Part shown: positions 38,301 through 50,300 of the stretch, piece by piece
Layout: every line of letters begins with the position of its first letter
How positions within the stretch are numbered: position 1 is the stretch's first letter
DNA from: Phaeosaccion multiseriatum
Taxonomy: Eukaryota; Protista; Ochrophyta, other classes
Direction: 5' to 3'
Assembly (NCBI GenBank): GCA_965112735.1
Contig: OZ218951.1
Location: 930,001 to 994,000 of the forward strand
DNA: 64,000 nt
Translations under genes and position numbers: made by a program
Notes under the pieces: model-generated
Seen by the model: only the letters and a program-made list of their open reading frames with translations
The model's database searches: none
Told to the model about the DNA's origin: nothing

Positions 38301-41300
38301 CTCACAGCTGCGCAAGACTCTCTTTGCGCAATCCCCAGAGGATCGACGCGTTGCTCTCCTGGAAGCGCTCAAGGCGACCGTGCTGAAGTGTGTTGATGCA
38401 GACATGCCCCCGCTGGAGGACAATGTGCCCTTGATGGAGGCAGGCCTGGATTCGATGGCACTCGTGGAGGTGCGGAATCGCCTTCACGCTGACTTGGGGG
38501 TGACAGCCACCGCCGATGTGCTCTTTGAGTACCCCAGCTTGGCGGAGCTGGTGGGCTGGTTGGATGGCGAGGTAATGGGAAGGGCTGCCATAGACCCAAT
38601 GCGAGATTTGCGCTCCACCTCGGCTTCGCCTCAAAGCATGCGAGCTCCGCTGGCGGTGGTGGGCATGGCGTGCCGCTTTCCAGGAGGAGTGACTTCGCCC
38701 CAAGGTTTCTGGAGAATGCTTTGCACGGGATCGGACTGCATCTCTACAGCTCCAGCAGACAGGTGGGGAGGCGGCTCGAAGGAGTGGCGAGGAGGCTTCA
38801 TAGAGGGCGTCCACCTCTTCGACAACATCTTCTTTGGGATTTCGTCAGCGGAAGCGGAAAGCATGGACCCCAACCAGCGCGTGCTGCTGGAGGTGGCCTT
38901 CGAGGCGCTGCACAGGGCAGGCTGTGACAAGAGCAAACTCCGCAAGAGCGAGACAGGGGTCTTCATCGGCTGCGCTGGAAGCGATTGGCTGCAGGCCAAA
39001 GCAAGCCAAGGAGCTGGCGAGGCGAGCGAGGGCGTGTACACGGCGTCAGGAGCCTCCATGTCGAATTTGGCCAACCGAGTTTCCTACGCGCTGGGGTTGA
39101 AGGGGCCGAGCTCAACTGTAGACACGGCGTGCTCCTCTTCCTTGGTCGCCCTGGACAACGCCTGCAGCAGCCTGCGATTGGGCAAGTGTGACACAGCTGT
39201 GGTCGGTGGAGTGAACCTGCTTCTCAGCGAGGCGCCCTTCAAGCTCCTTTCCTCAGGAGGGTTTCTCTCGCCAGACGGGTGAGTGCTTGAGTGTGCGTGA
39301 GGGAGGAGGAGAGAGGGGGGGGGGGGCAGGGAGGAAGGAAGGAGGAGAGGGAGGGAGGGAGGGAGGGAGGGGAGGGAGGAAGTCAATGAGTATGATGCTC
39401 TCCAGGTGAAGGCCCGATATGGTAGTCGGTAGGCACCTGGTCATGCACCACTGTTTCGTTCAGGGAGGTAGAGTAAGAACCTTAAATCGCCCCTTCTTAT
39501 CTAAATCTTCCCTGTTTCCCCCTTGCTTCCTCACTCTCAAGGCACTGTAAAACATTTGACAAGGCCGCCAACGGCTACGTCAGAGGCGAGGGGTGCGGAG
39601 CAATCGTGGTGAAGCGCCTAGACGACGCCCTTGCCAACGACGATGAGGTGCTGGCTGTCCTGCGAGGCTCGGCTGTGAACCATAATGGGCCCACCGCGCG
39701 GATGACGGCTCCAAACCCTGGTGCTCAAAAGCAGCTCATCACAGACGCCTTTATCGACGCCGGGCTATCTCCAAACGACGTTAGCTTCGTCGAGGCGCAC
39801 GGCACGGGCACGTCTCTCGGCGACCCCATCGAGATGAGCGCTCTCAGAGGAGTATTCGCCCCCCACCGCGATGAAGCGAAGCCTTTGATCGTGGGGGCGC
39901 TCAAGACAAACATCGGGCACTTGGAGGGAGCGGCAGGGATTGCCGGACTCATCAAAGCCGTCCTGGTGGCGCAGCACAAGACCGCTCCACCCAATCTTCA
40001 CTTCATCGAGCCAAACCCAGAGCTCGACATGGAGGGAATTGCAGTCCTGTTCCCATCTTCCATGACCCCTTTACCCACCAGCTCCGATGGATCTGTGGTG
40101 GTCGGGGTGAGCTCCTTCGGATTTGGAGGCACCAACGCCCACGCACTGCTCAGCAGCTTCGGACCAACGTTGGTTGAGAGGGGTGAGGTCTTGCTGCAGC
40201 TGGATGGGCAGCAAAGGAAGAAGATATCGCCGCCGGTGACGTTCTTGTTCACTGGACAGGGCTCGCAGTACGTGGGCATGGGCAGGGAGCTGTACGAGAA
40301 GGAGGGCGTGTTCCGCGAGTGCGTGCAGCGGTGCAGTACGCTGCTCATGGAGCGGGCTTGGTTGGACAAGTCTGTGGTGGAGCTCATGTACCCAGCCGCC
40401 GCTGAGGATGGGGAGGAGGAGGAGGAGGAGGAGACTGCACAAGCGCTGCTGAAGGAGACACGCTACTACCAGCCATGCCTGTTTGTGCTGGAGTACGCCC
40501 TGTGTGAGCTGTGGAAGTCGGAGGGCGTGGAGCCGTCCATGGTGATGGGCCACAGCCTGGGCGAGGTGGTGGCGGCGTGCGTGGCCGGCGTCATGTCGAT
40601 GGAGGACGGGCTGATGCTGTCCGCCAAGAGAGGGGCCGCCATGCAGGCCTGCCCCGAGGGCAAAGGAGTGATGTTCGCAGTAAGGGCAGGCAAGGAGGCG
40701 ACTCTGGCAAGCATCGACGCTGTGGGGGCGGCAGGCGAGGTGGTGCTGGCGTCGTCGAATGGACCGAGCACGAGCGTGATCTCTGGAGCTCGCAGCGCTG
40801 TGGACAAGATGGTGGAGAAGCTCACGGCGGATGGGGTGGGCTGCAAGGCCCTGGAGGTGCCGCACGCCTTCCACTCTCCTCTCATGGAGCCCGCTGTACT
40901 TGCGCTGGAGGAGGTTCTGAGGCAGGTGTCATTGAGCGCCCCACGCATTCCCCTGGTGTCTAACGTGACGGGTGAGGTAGTGAGAGAGGAGGAGGTGACG
41001 CAGGCGACGTATTGGGTGCAACACATGCTGTCGCCAGTGCTGTTCGCAGAAGGCATCCATACGGTGGTGGAGCACTGGATGGGAGACGGGAGGGGGGCTG
41101 ACCTGAGCATCGTTGAGGTGGGCCCCAGCCCTGTGCTGAGCAGTATGGGGGCCAAGTGCGAGCGTCGCGAAGGGCTGGTGTGGATCTCTTCTCTCACGCG
41201 CGGGAAGAGCTCCGAGGATTCGTTTCGAGCAGCTCTGAGCACAGTGCAGCAGCCAGAGAGTAAGGGTGAGGAGCACATCCTGTTCCCAACGCGCAAAGCC

Positions 41301-44300
41301 TTTCCTTGGTACACAGCGCGAGCCACAGCAGCACCTCAGCCGCAGAGTGAAGCTGAGCAGGGCCCGCTCTATGTTGTTGAGTGGGAGGCGGTGGAGGTGC
41401 CCACGGCTTCGCAGCAGGCTTCGCTGACCGGCCGCCTTCCGTGGCTCGTCGTGATTCCCCAGGCAGCTGAAGAGCAGCACGCTTCGAACAACCACAGAGC
41501 CTTGGAAGCTATCCGAAGCGCGGCGACAGCAAGTGGTGTGGAGGTGCACGTGGTGGAGGCGGTCGGTTCAGACGCGCAGCCCCGTGGGGCCCATCTCTTC
41601 TACTTGACGTCAGCAACGGGCTCTGCTACCGATGGGGCAACCCACTTTGTGCAAACTGTACACAGCTTAGACGGGGACGCGGCCGTGATGCCGATCACGG
41701 TGGTGACAACGGGTGTGTACAGCGGTGCTGGTTGGCAGGACAGCTGGGCAGTGGGACTGGTGAGAAGCGTGCGCCTGGAGCGGGGCGACCTCGATGTGAA
41801 CCACATCGACCTTGAGTATGCCATGTATCCACAGTCTGAGGATGCACGACCTAGAGTAGAGAACATGGAAGCCCAAGCTATCTCCCAGGCTGTGACGCTG
41901 GCTGCAGGAGCCCGCGACGGCGGCCGAGGCGTTGACCTGCTGGTTCGAGAGTGTGAGATCCTCGCTCCGAGGCTGGTGCCCAGCACACTCCATTTGACGC
42001 CGGTAGGAGTCGATCGCTTCACGTGCAGAGAGGATGGGACCTACCTGATCAGCGGTGGTCTGGGGGGGCTGGGCCTGGTGACGGCGAATCACTTGGTCTC
42101 CCAGGGCGCTCGACACTTGCTCCTCCTGTCTCGAAGCGGCCGGGCGGCGGAGGAAGTTTCAGAGCTGTGGCAGGCCCTGCAGAGCATGGAGAGTGTCACC
42201 GCTATGGCCGTGGCCTGCGATGTGTCCGACATGAGCCAGCTTCGAGGCGCGGTAGCCAACGCTTTGGTGGGGCTGCCTCGTGTTCGGGGTGTGATCCACG
42301 CAGCGGGGGCTCTAGATGACCGCAAGTTGGCTGGGCAGACCGATCAGAGCGTGCGGAATGTTTTCGCACCAAAGCTTCACGGGGCTTGGAATCTGCATGA
42401 GCTGTCGCTTGAGTGGGCCGAGAGGGAAGAGAACTTAGACTTCTTCGTGTCCTATTCATCTACGGCTGGGACGCTTGGTAACATCGGACAGACGAATTAT
42501 GCCGCAGCCAACTCCGCGCTTGATGGTCTGATGCGCTACCGCCGGCAGCAGCTCAAGCTGGCGGGCACCAGCATTCAATGGGGGCCCTTTGGTGACGCGG
42601 GCATGGCAGCAAAGTCTACGACGCTACATAGTCTTCTCGAGACGGCCGGAGTGGGCCTGATCTCACCGGCGCTGGGTATGAAGGCTCTGGATGCCGTCCT
42701 TGCAAGTCAAGCGCAAGCCAACGGGCAGGAGGTTGCCGTCATGCCGGCCATGAGGTGGGGCAGATTTCGAGCGAGCTTGGACCCGGTGCACAGCGATTTC
42801 CTCGGGCAGTTGACGGACCGCTGGGAAAGTGGTGAGGCGATAAAGGGCTACAACGTCAATGCCGAGGTGCGGGAGGAGCTCCTGCACTTGCCGGAGTCAG
42901 CACGGCGGGAGAGGATCGAGCAAGTCCTGACGGGTATGGCAGTCGAGTGTGTTGGCGAGGACTTCACCTTGGTAGCAGCGATGCCCTTGATGGAAGCCGG
43001 GCTCGATTCAATGGCGTCCGTGGAGTTTCGCAAGCGAATCGAGGCCTGGTGTGGTGTCACCGTTTCGAATGGTGCCTTCTTCTCGTATCCATCGGTGTCT
43101 GCAATGGCTGCGTGGCTTGAGGCCCAGATTCTTGAGGTGCCGGATGATGCAGAGGGCGGTAAAGCAGTACTGACAGGACGGCACTTGTCCTCGGACTCTC
43201 GAGCCCCCATCGCTGTGGTGAGTATGGCGTGTCGCCTCCCCGGCGGAGCCAACAGCCCGGAGCAGTTCTGGTCGATAATGTGCGAGGGCAGAGACTGCAT
43301 CACGGCAGCGCCACACGACAGGTGGGAGAGTAAGGCGGGCGAGCTGCAGCTGCAGGGCGGGTTCATCGAGGGCGTGGAGATGTTCGACAATGCCTTCTTT
43401 GGCATCAGTGCTGCCGAGGCAGAGGTAATGGACCCCAATCAGCGCCTCATGCTGGAGGTGGCCTTCGAGGCCCTCTATCGCGCGGGCCACAGCAAGAGCA
43501 GCCTGCGGGGCAGCAACACAGGCGTGTTTGTAGGCTTGTCGGACACGGACTGGGGCTTCGTGGCAGGAGATGCCGGTGCTCAGAGCGCCTACGGCGGAAT
43601 GGGTCTGACGGCTTCGAACATTGCGAATCGCGTATCCTACACTCTGGGTCTCTGCGGCCCCAGTGCGTTGCTGCAGACAGCATGCTCGTCGTCCCTGGTG
43701 GCTCTGGACGCTGCTTGCAGCAACCTCCGCCTGGGCAAGTGCGACTCGGCGGTGGTCGGTGGCGTGAACCTGCTGCTCGGGAAGAGCACCTTTCAGTCAT
43801 TGTTTGCGGGGACCTTCCTCTCCTCCGACTGGTACGTGGCACCGGCTGCTCCACACCATGTGTTGTTTTTCTTCTCCTGTGATGTGTGATGTACTCACCT
43901 CGACTTCGATTCCTGTAGTTCCCTTAATACTCCGCTCACACTTCTTTGTGCTACTGCTGCCCTCCACAAACGCGAGGTGCTTATGTGGAAATGAGGGAGT
44001 GCCGCCGACCTCTGTGTGCATTTTCTCAAGCTGCGTACTATTCAATCGCTGACATCACTTCCTCCATTCCGATTGACCTTCCCAGGCGCTGCAAGACGTT
44101 CGACGCCTCGGCCAACGGATACGTGCGTGGTGAGGGGTGCGGCGCCGTTGTGCTGAAAAGCCTGGATGACGCCCTCGCTGCCGGAGACACGGTCCTCGCT
44201 GTGATTGAGGGCTGCGTCGTCAACCACAATGGAGCCAGTGCCCGTCTGACGGCCCCCAGCCCCGCCGCCCAGCAGAGACTCATCGAGGCGACGCTGCGTG

Positions 44301-47300
44301 AGGCCGGTCGGGAGGGGTCCGAAGTACGCATCCTGGAGGCACACGGCACGGGAACCTCGCTAGGCGACCCCATCGAGATGAGCGCACTGAAGGCCACGTA
44401 CGGAAAGAACCGCAACGAGTCTTTCCCGCTGGTGGTGGGTGCGTTGAAGACCAACATCGGCCATCTGGAGGGTGCGGCGGGCGTTGCTGGGCTCATCAAG
44501 GCCGTCTTGATGCTGCAGCACCGCGCTGTGCCGGCCAACCTTCACCTCGAGAGCGTCAACCCGGAGCTGGACATGGACAGCTTCCACGTGCAGCTCCCAT
44601 CGAAGATGGTGGAGCTGGAGGACGAGGGAGAGGTGTTGGTGGGGGTGAGCTCGTTCGGAGCGGGGGGAACGAATGCACACGTGCTGCTGAAGAGCTATGG
44701 GGAGAAAAATGAGGGTGCGCCAGGCCCTAATGCCCATCAAGCAGAGCCTCCAGTGGCGTTTGTGTTCACCGGACAGGGCTCGCAGTACGTGGGCATGGGC
44801 AGGGAGCTGTACGAGAAGGAGGGCGTGTTCCGCGAGTGCGTGCAGCAGTGCAGTACGCTGCTCATGGAGCGGGCTTGGCTGGACAAGTCTGTGGTGGAGC
44901 TCATGTACCCTGCCGCCGCTGAGGACGGGGGGGAGGAGGAGGAGGAGGAGACTGCACAAGCGCTGCTGAAGGAGACACGCTACTGCCAGCCGTGCCTGTT
45001 TGTGCTGGAGTACGCCCTGTGTGAGCTGTGGAAGTCGGAGGGCGTGGAGCCGTCCATGGTGATGGGCCACAGCCTGGGCGAGGTGGTGGCGGCGTGCGTG
45101 GCCGGCGTCATATCGCTGGAGGACGGGCTGATGCTGTCCGCCAAGAGAGGAGCCGCCATGCAGGCCTGCCCCGAGGGCAAAGGAGTGATGTTCGCAGTAA
45201 GGGCAGGCAAGGAGGCGACTTTGGCAAGCATCGACGCTGCAGGGGGGGCAGGCGAGGTGGTGCTGGCGTCGTCGAATGGACCGAGCACGAGCGTGATCTC
45301 TGGAGCTCGCAGCGCTGTGGACAAGGTGGTGGAGAAGCTCACGGCGGATGGGGTGGGCTGCAAGGCCCTGGAGGTGCTGCACGCCTTCCACTCTCCTCTC
45401 ATGGAGCCCGCTGTACTTGCGCTGGAGGAGGTTCTGAGGCAGGTGTCATTGAGTGCCCCACGCATTCCCCTGGTGTCCAACGTGACGGGTGAGGTGGTGA
45501 GAGAGGAGGAGGTGACGCAGGCGACGTATTGGGTGCAACACATGCTGTCGCCAGTGCTGTTCGCGGAAGGCATCCATACGGTGGTGGAGCACTGGATGGG
45601 AGACGGGAGGGGGGCTGACCTGAGCATCGTTGAGGTGGGCCCCAGCCCTGTGCTGAGCAGTATGGGGGCCAAGTGCGAGCGTCGCGAGGGGCTGGTGTGG
45701 ATCGCTTCTCTCACGCGCGGGAAGAGCTCCGAGGATTCGTTTCGAGCAGCTCTGAGCACAGTGCAGCAGCCAGAGAGTAAGGGCGAGGAGCACATCCTGT
45801 TCCCAACGCGCAAAGCCTTTCCTTGGTACAAGCCTCCGCTGGCGTTTATACCAAGTGGTGAGGTGGTCCTGGAGGGAGACGGAATGCGGCTCGCCAGCCC
45901 CTTCCCCCCTCACCTCAAGGGCCTTCTCAAGGACCATGCCGTCAACAATGTGGTGATCATTCCGGGGGTGACGTACATTGAAGTGGGCGTCGTCGCTGCT
46001 CTAGGAGGAAGACAGCTTGGGGTGCAGCAGCAGGTAGTCCTGCAAGGAGCCAGCTTTGTGGTTCCACTGGAGATTGAGGGTTTCCAACAGGTCGGCACGG
46101 ACCAGGCGCAAGGCCGCCATACAATGGTTTGTGCGGGGATGAGTGCCCTTCACGCGCCAGATGGAAGCATGCAGTTCTTCGGAGGTGCCACGGGCGACAA
46201 GGGCACCACGGCTAGACTAAAGCACGTGTCTGTCACGGAGCGAAACACGGGGCGTGCTTCGCTGCACGTGGAATCCATTCGAGCTAGAGTTGGCGAGCAT
46301 GACGTATCGAGTGAGGTCTATAAGTCATTCGTAGACGCCGGCTTCCAGTATGGCCCCCGCTTTCAGCGGACTCGCCACATGTACGGCGGGGTCGGAGAGG
46401 TTCTGTCGGTCGTTTGTGCCATGGATGAGGAGCTGTGCGAGCCGTGGGAGATGAAGGGCTTTACTCTGCACCCCGCGGTGCTGGACAATGCTACCCATAC
46501 CATCATGCAAGCGCTGCCAAGGAAGCTGCTCAAGGAGGGGGGGGGCTCTCCATTCCTACCTGCTGGCTTTGACGAGGTGGTCGTTTCCGCCTCCATGACG
46601 GGAAAGAACGTGTGGGTGCACACGGTGCTGAGTGAGGTCCAGTCAGTGGCGGACAGCGCAAAGTTCGATGTGGTGATTGCAGACTTCGACAGCAAAGAGG
46701 TGCTCGTGGAGATGCGGGGCTTCCGCGTGCAGCGGGCGAGGGGCTTTGTGCGCGTCAGCCCCGTTCGTCGTGCAACGTACGCATTGGAGTGGCAGGTTGC
46801 TGAGCCCTCTGCACAGGAGGAGGCCCCTGGTAGCGATACTGACGCTACTGAGGCGGCGGCGCCACAGAAGTGGATGGTGGTGATTCCACAGGACGAGTGG
46901 GAGGAAGAGATTTCAATCATTGCTGCAGTGCGGCGCTGCGTTCCGGAGAACGTGCACGTACACACTCGATATGGGGGGATGGACGCCTCCTGGGATGATG
47001 GTGCTCTTCTTCTTGGACAGGAGGAGTGGGCTCGCGTCTTGTACGTGCTGATACCCGGAGCTGGCGAAGAAGACGCAGAAGGGGGCCAGCAAGCACGAGC
47101 GGCCTACGCCCTGATGACTCTACTCAGGAGCCTGTCCACTGCGTCGAGTGTGCCGCTGACGGTTTTGACGAGGGGTGTCCAAAGCGGCGAGGACTGGCGT
47201 GACAGTTGGGTGACTGGGCTGGTGCGGACTGCGAGGGTGGAGCACCCCTCCCTGCAGATTGGCGTGGTGGACCTGAGCGACAAGAAGGCCCAAGACAGCG

Positions 47301-50300
47301 AGGTTGCCTTAGGTTTGGCCTTCCCTGCCAAGACAGAAGATGTTTGGGTACACGATGGTCAGTGCTGGGCCCCTCAGCTCATACGTCAGCCCCTGCAGCT
47401 TCCCTTCTCACTTGACTTGAAGGCAAGAGGCAGCATCGCCACTGCCTTTTCCCTTTGCGATGATGTTGATGTTGGCAAGCATCGGCCTCTCGACCCGACT
47501 GGCAGCTATGTGGAGGTGGCGGTGAGGGCCGTGGGGCTTAACTTCTGGGACGTGCTGAATGTGCTGGACATGTATCCTGGCGACCCTGGAGATCCTTGTT
47601 CCGAGTTCGCCGGGGAGGTGATCAGAACAGGAGGCAGCTCGCGCTTCCGTGTCGGTGATAAAGTATATGGCTTCGCGGACGGAGGATGTTTGCGCAGCCA
47701 TCTGGTGACGGAGGACGCGTGCCTGGCCGTGATGCCGGCGGCGCTGAGCTTCGAGCAGGCCGCTGCACTTCCCACCGTGTACTTGACGGTAGTGAAGGCC
47801 TTCCACGACCTCAAGGCTGGAGAGAAGGTGTTGATTCACGCCGCATCGGGCGGTGTGGGCCTTGCCGCTGTTCAGTACGCTCAGCGGGTCGGCGCAGAGG
47901 TGTACGCTACTGCCGGTGCTGCTGTGAAGCATGACTTCCTCCGGAGCTTGGGAGTGGAGCACATTGCGTCATCGCGAGACGCAGAGGCGTTCATGCAGTC
48001 CATGGGCGAGATGAAGGTGGACGTGGTGCTCAACTCTCTGAGTGAAGACTACATTCCCTTCTCATTGGACGTGCTAAGCGACGGTGGTACATTTGTTGAG
48101 ATTGGCAAGCGAGGCGTGTGGAGTCACGAGCAGATGCGCACCGCCCGGCCCGATGTGAGGTACGAGCTACTGACACTGGATAGCATGATTGAGGCTGACT
48201 TCTTAGCTCATGAGCCGGGCTGGATCAGTGGCGGGCTGCAGCATCTTGCTGGAGACTGCATGTCTGGGAATGTGAAGCCCTTACGGACCATGCCATTTGA
48301 CATGAGGGAGGATACTCAGAAGGCCATGGCACTCATGAGCCAAGCGAAGCACATCGGCAAGGTGGTACTAACCAACCCCTTGTATGGTGTACCAGTGGTG
48401 TCCGATGGCACGTACGTCATCAGCGGCGGTCTGGGGGCTCTCGGCCTCGTCACGGCCCAGCACCTCGCGTCGAGGGGCGCTCGTCACTTGGTGCTGCTGT
48501 CGAGGAGTGGGAAGATCGCCAATAGCATGACTGAACAGTGGCAGCAGCTTCAAAATATCGTAGAGCTGACTATCCATACTCCTACTTGCGATGTTGCTGA
48601 CGCTGATGCGCTTCGGACTTGCCTGGAAGGCGTGCTGCCTCTGCTCCCCCCTGTACGCCGTGTGGTGCATGCTGCCGGGGTGCTGGATGATAAGCTGCTG
48701 GGAGAGCAGACGGTGGAGAGCATGATGAACGTCTTCCGACCCAAGGTGCAGGGGGCGGTGAACTTACACGAGCTCTCGTTGGCGTGGCCGAAGGAGGAGG
48801 GGCGCTCTCCCGGCCTTGATTTTTTCTTGTGTTTCACATCCATGGCCGGAGTACTGGGCAACGCTGGACAGGCCAACTACGCTGCGGCGAATGCGGCTGT
48901 GGACGGGCTGATGCGGCACAGGCGACACCTCGGGCTTGCAGGGACATCATTGCAGTGGGGGCCGTGGGCTGACGTTGGTATGGCCGCCCAACTCGATATC
49001 GTTCAAAAGCAGTTGGAGCTTGCGGGTGTGGGCACGGTGTCAGCTGAGCTGGGCATGGCTGCCTTAGATGCCGCTGCGATGTCGTCAGCGTCCGTGGGTG
49101 ATGTGGCTGTCCTGCCTGGCATGGACTGGGGCAAGTTTGCAGGCAGCTTGGGGGTGTCCAGTAGATCGCCCCTGCTGTCAGGGCTTGTCTCAGCAGCAAC
49201 AGGCGCGTCCAGCAACACCAAACTCAACAATGAAGTGCGAGAGGCGCTCTTGAGACTGCCCCCTGGTGAACGACAGCAATCCGTGCGATTGGCGGTGCTT
49301 GATATGGCCAAGGACCTCCTTGGGGATGGTGCCGAAGAGCTGGACGAGAACACTCCTTTGATGGAAGCAGGTCTTGACTCTTTGTCAACAGTGGAGCTGC
49401 GCGGCCAGCTGCAGGCTCGCTTCGGGGTTGTGGTGACCACTGATGTGCTCTTCGCGTATCCCACGGTAGCGGCGCTGGCAGTGTGGATCGAAGCGGAGGT
49501 GCTTGGAGAGATAGAGGAACCCTCTGGCAGTGGCTCTGCGGCAATCGATGCTGAAGCGCACCGCACTGACTCAAGGGCGCCGCTGGCCGTCGTCGGTGTC
49601 GCCTGTCGCTTCCCTGGAGGGGTTAAGAACCCCGAGGACTTCTGGGCTATGCTCTGTGCAGGGACAGACTGTATTGGAGCCAGCCCTCTTGGTCGCTGGG
49701 CCGAGGAGGGTCAGAAGCAGTGGCAAGGGGGCTTCATTGATGGAGTGGAGGCTTTTGACAACACCTTCTTCGGCATCTCTGCGGCCGAGGCGGGTGCCAT
49801 GGACCCTCATCAGCGCGTCATGCTGGAGGTGGGGTACGAGGCTCTGCACAGGGCGGGATACCGCAAGGATACACTACATGGTAGCAACACCGGTGTGTTC
49901 GTGGGTGCGTCCGGCAGCGACTGGAGCTCAATGGTAGACGATTCGAACAAGGGTGCGTACTCCGGGCTGGGCATATCCAATGCGAGTCTGGCAAATCGGA
50001 TGTCTTACGTGCTGGGCCTCGGAGGGCCGAGCATGACTGTCGACACGTTGTGCTCGTCGTCTTTCGTGGCACTGGAAGGGGCCTGCAGCAGCTTGCGGCT
50101 GGGCAAGTGTGACATCGCCTTGGTGGGAGGCGTCAACTTGCTGCTGGGTACACAGTCGTTCGAGACCGTCGCCGAAGCAGGTTTCCTGAGTCCTGACTGG
50201 TAAGTGCGTGTCTCTTCTGTGTGGGTGGGAGCTTGTTCTTGGGGCCACTATGAGAGCGAGATCAAAAGGCCCAAGCTGTCTGAAAGGCCCCTGTTGCGGA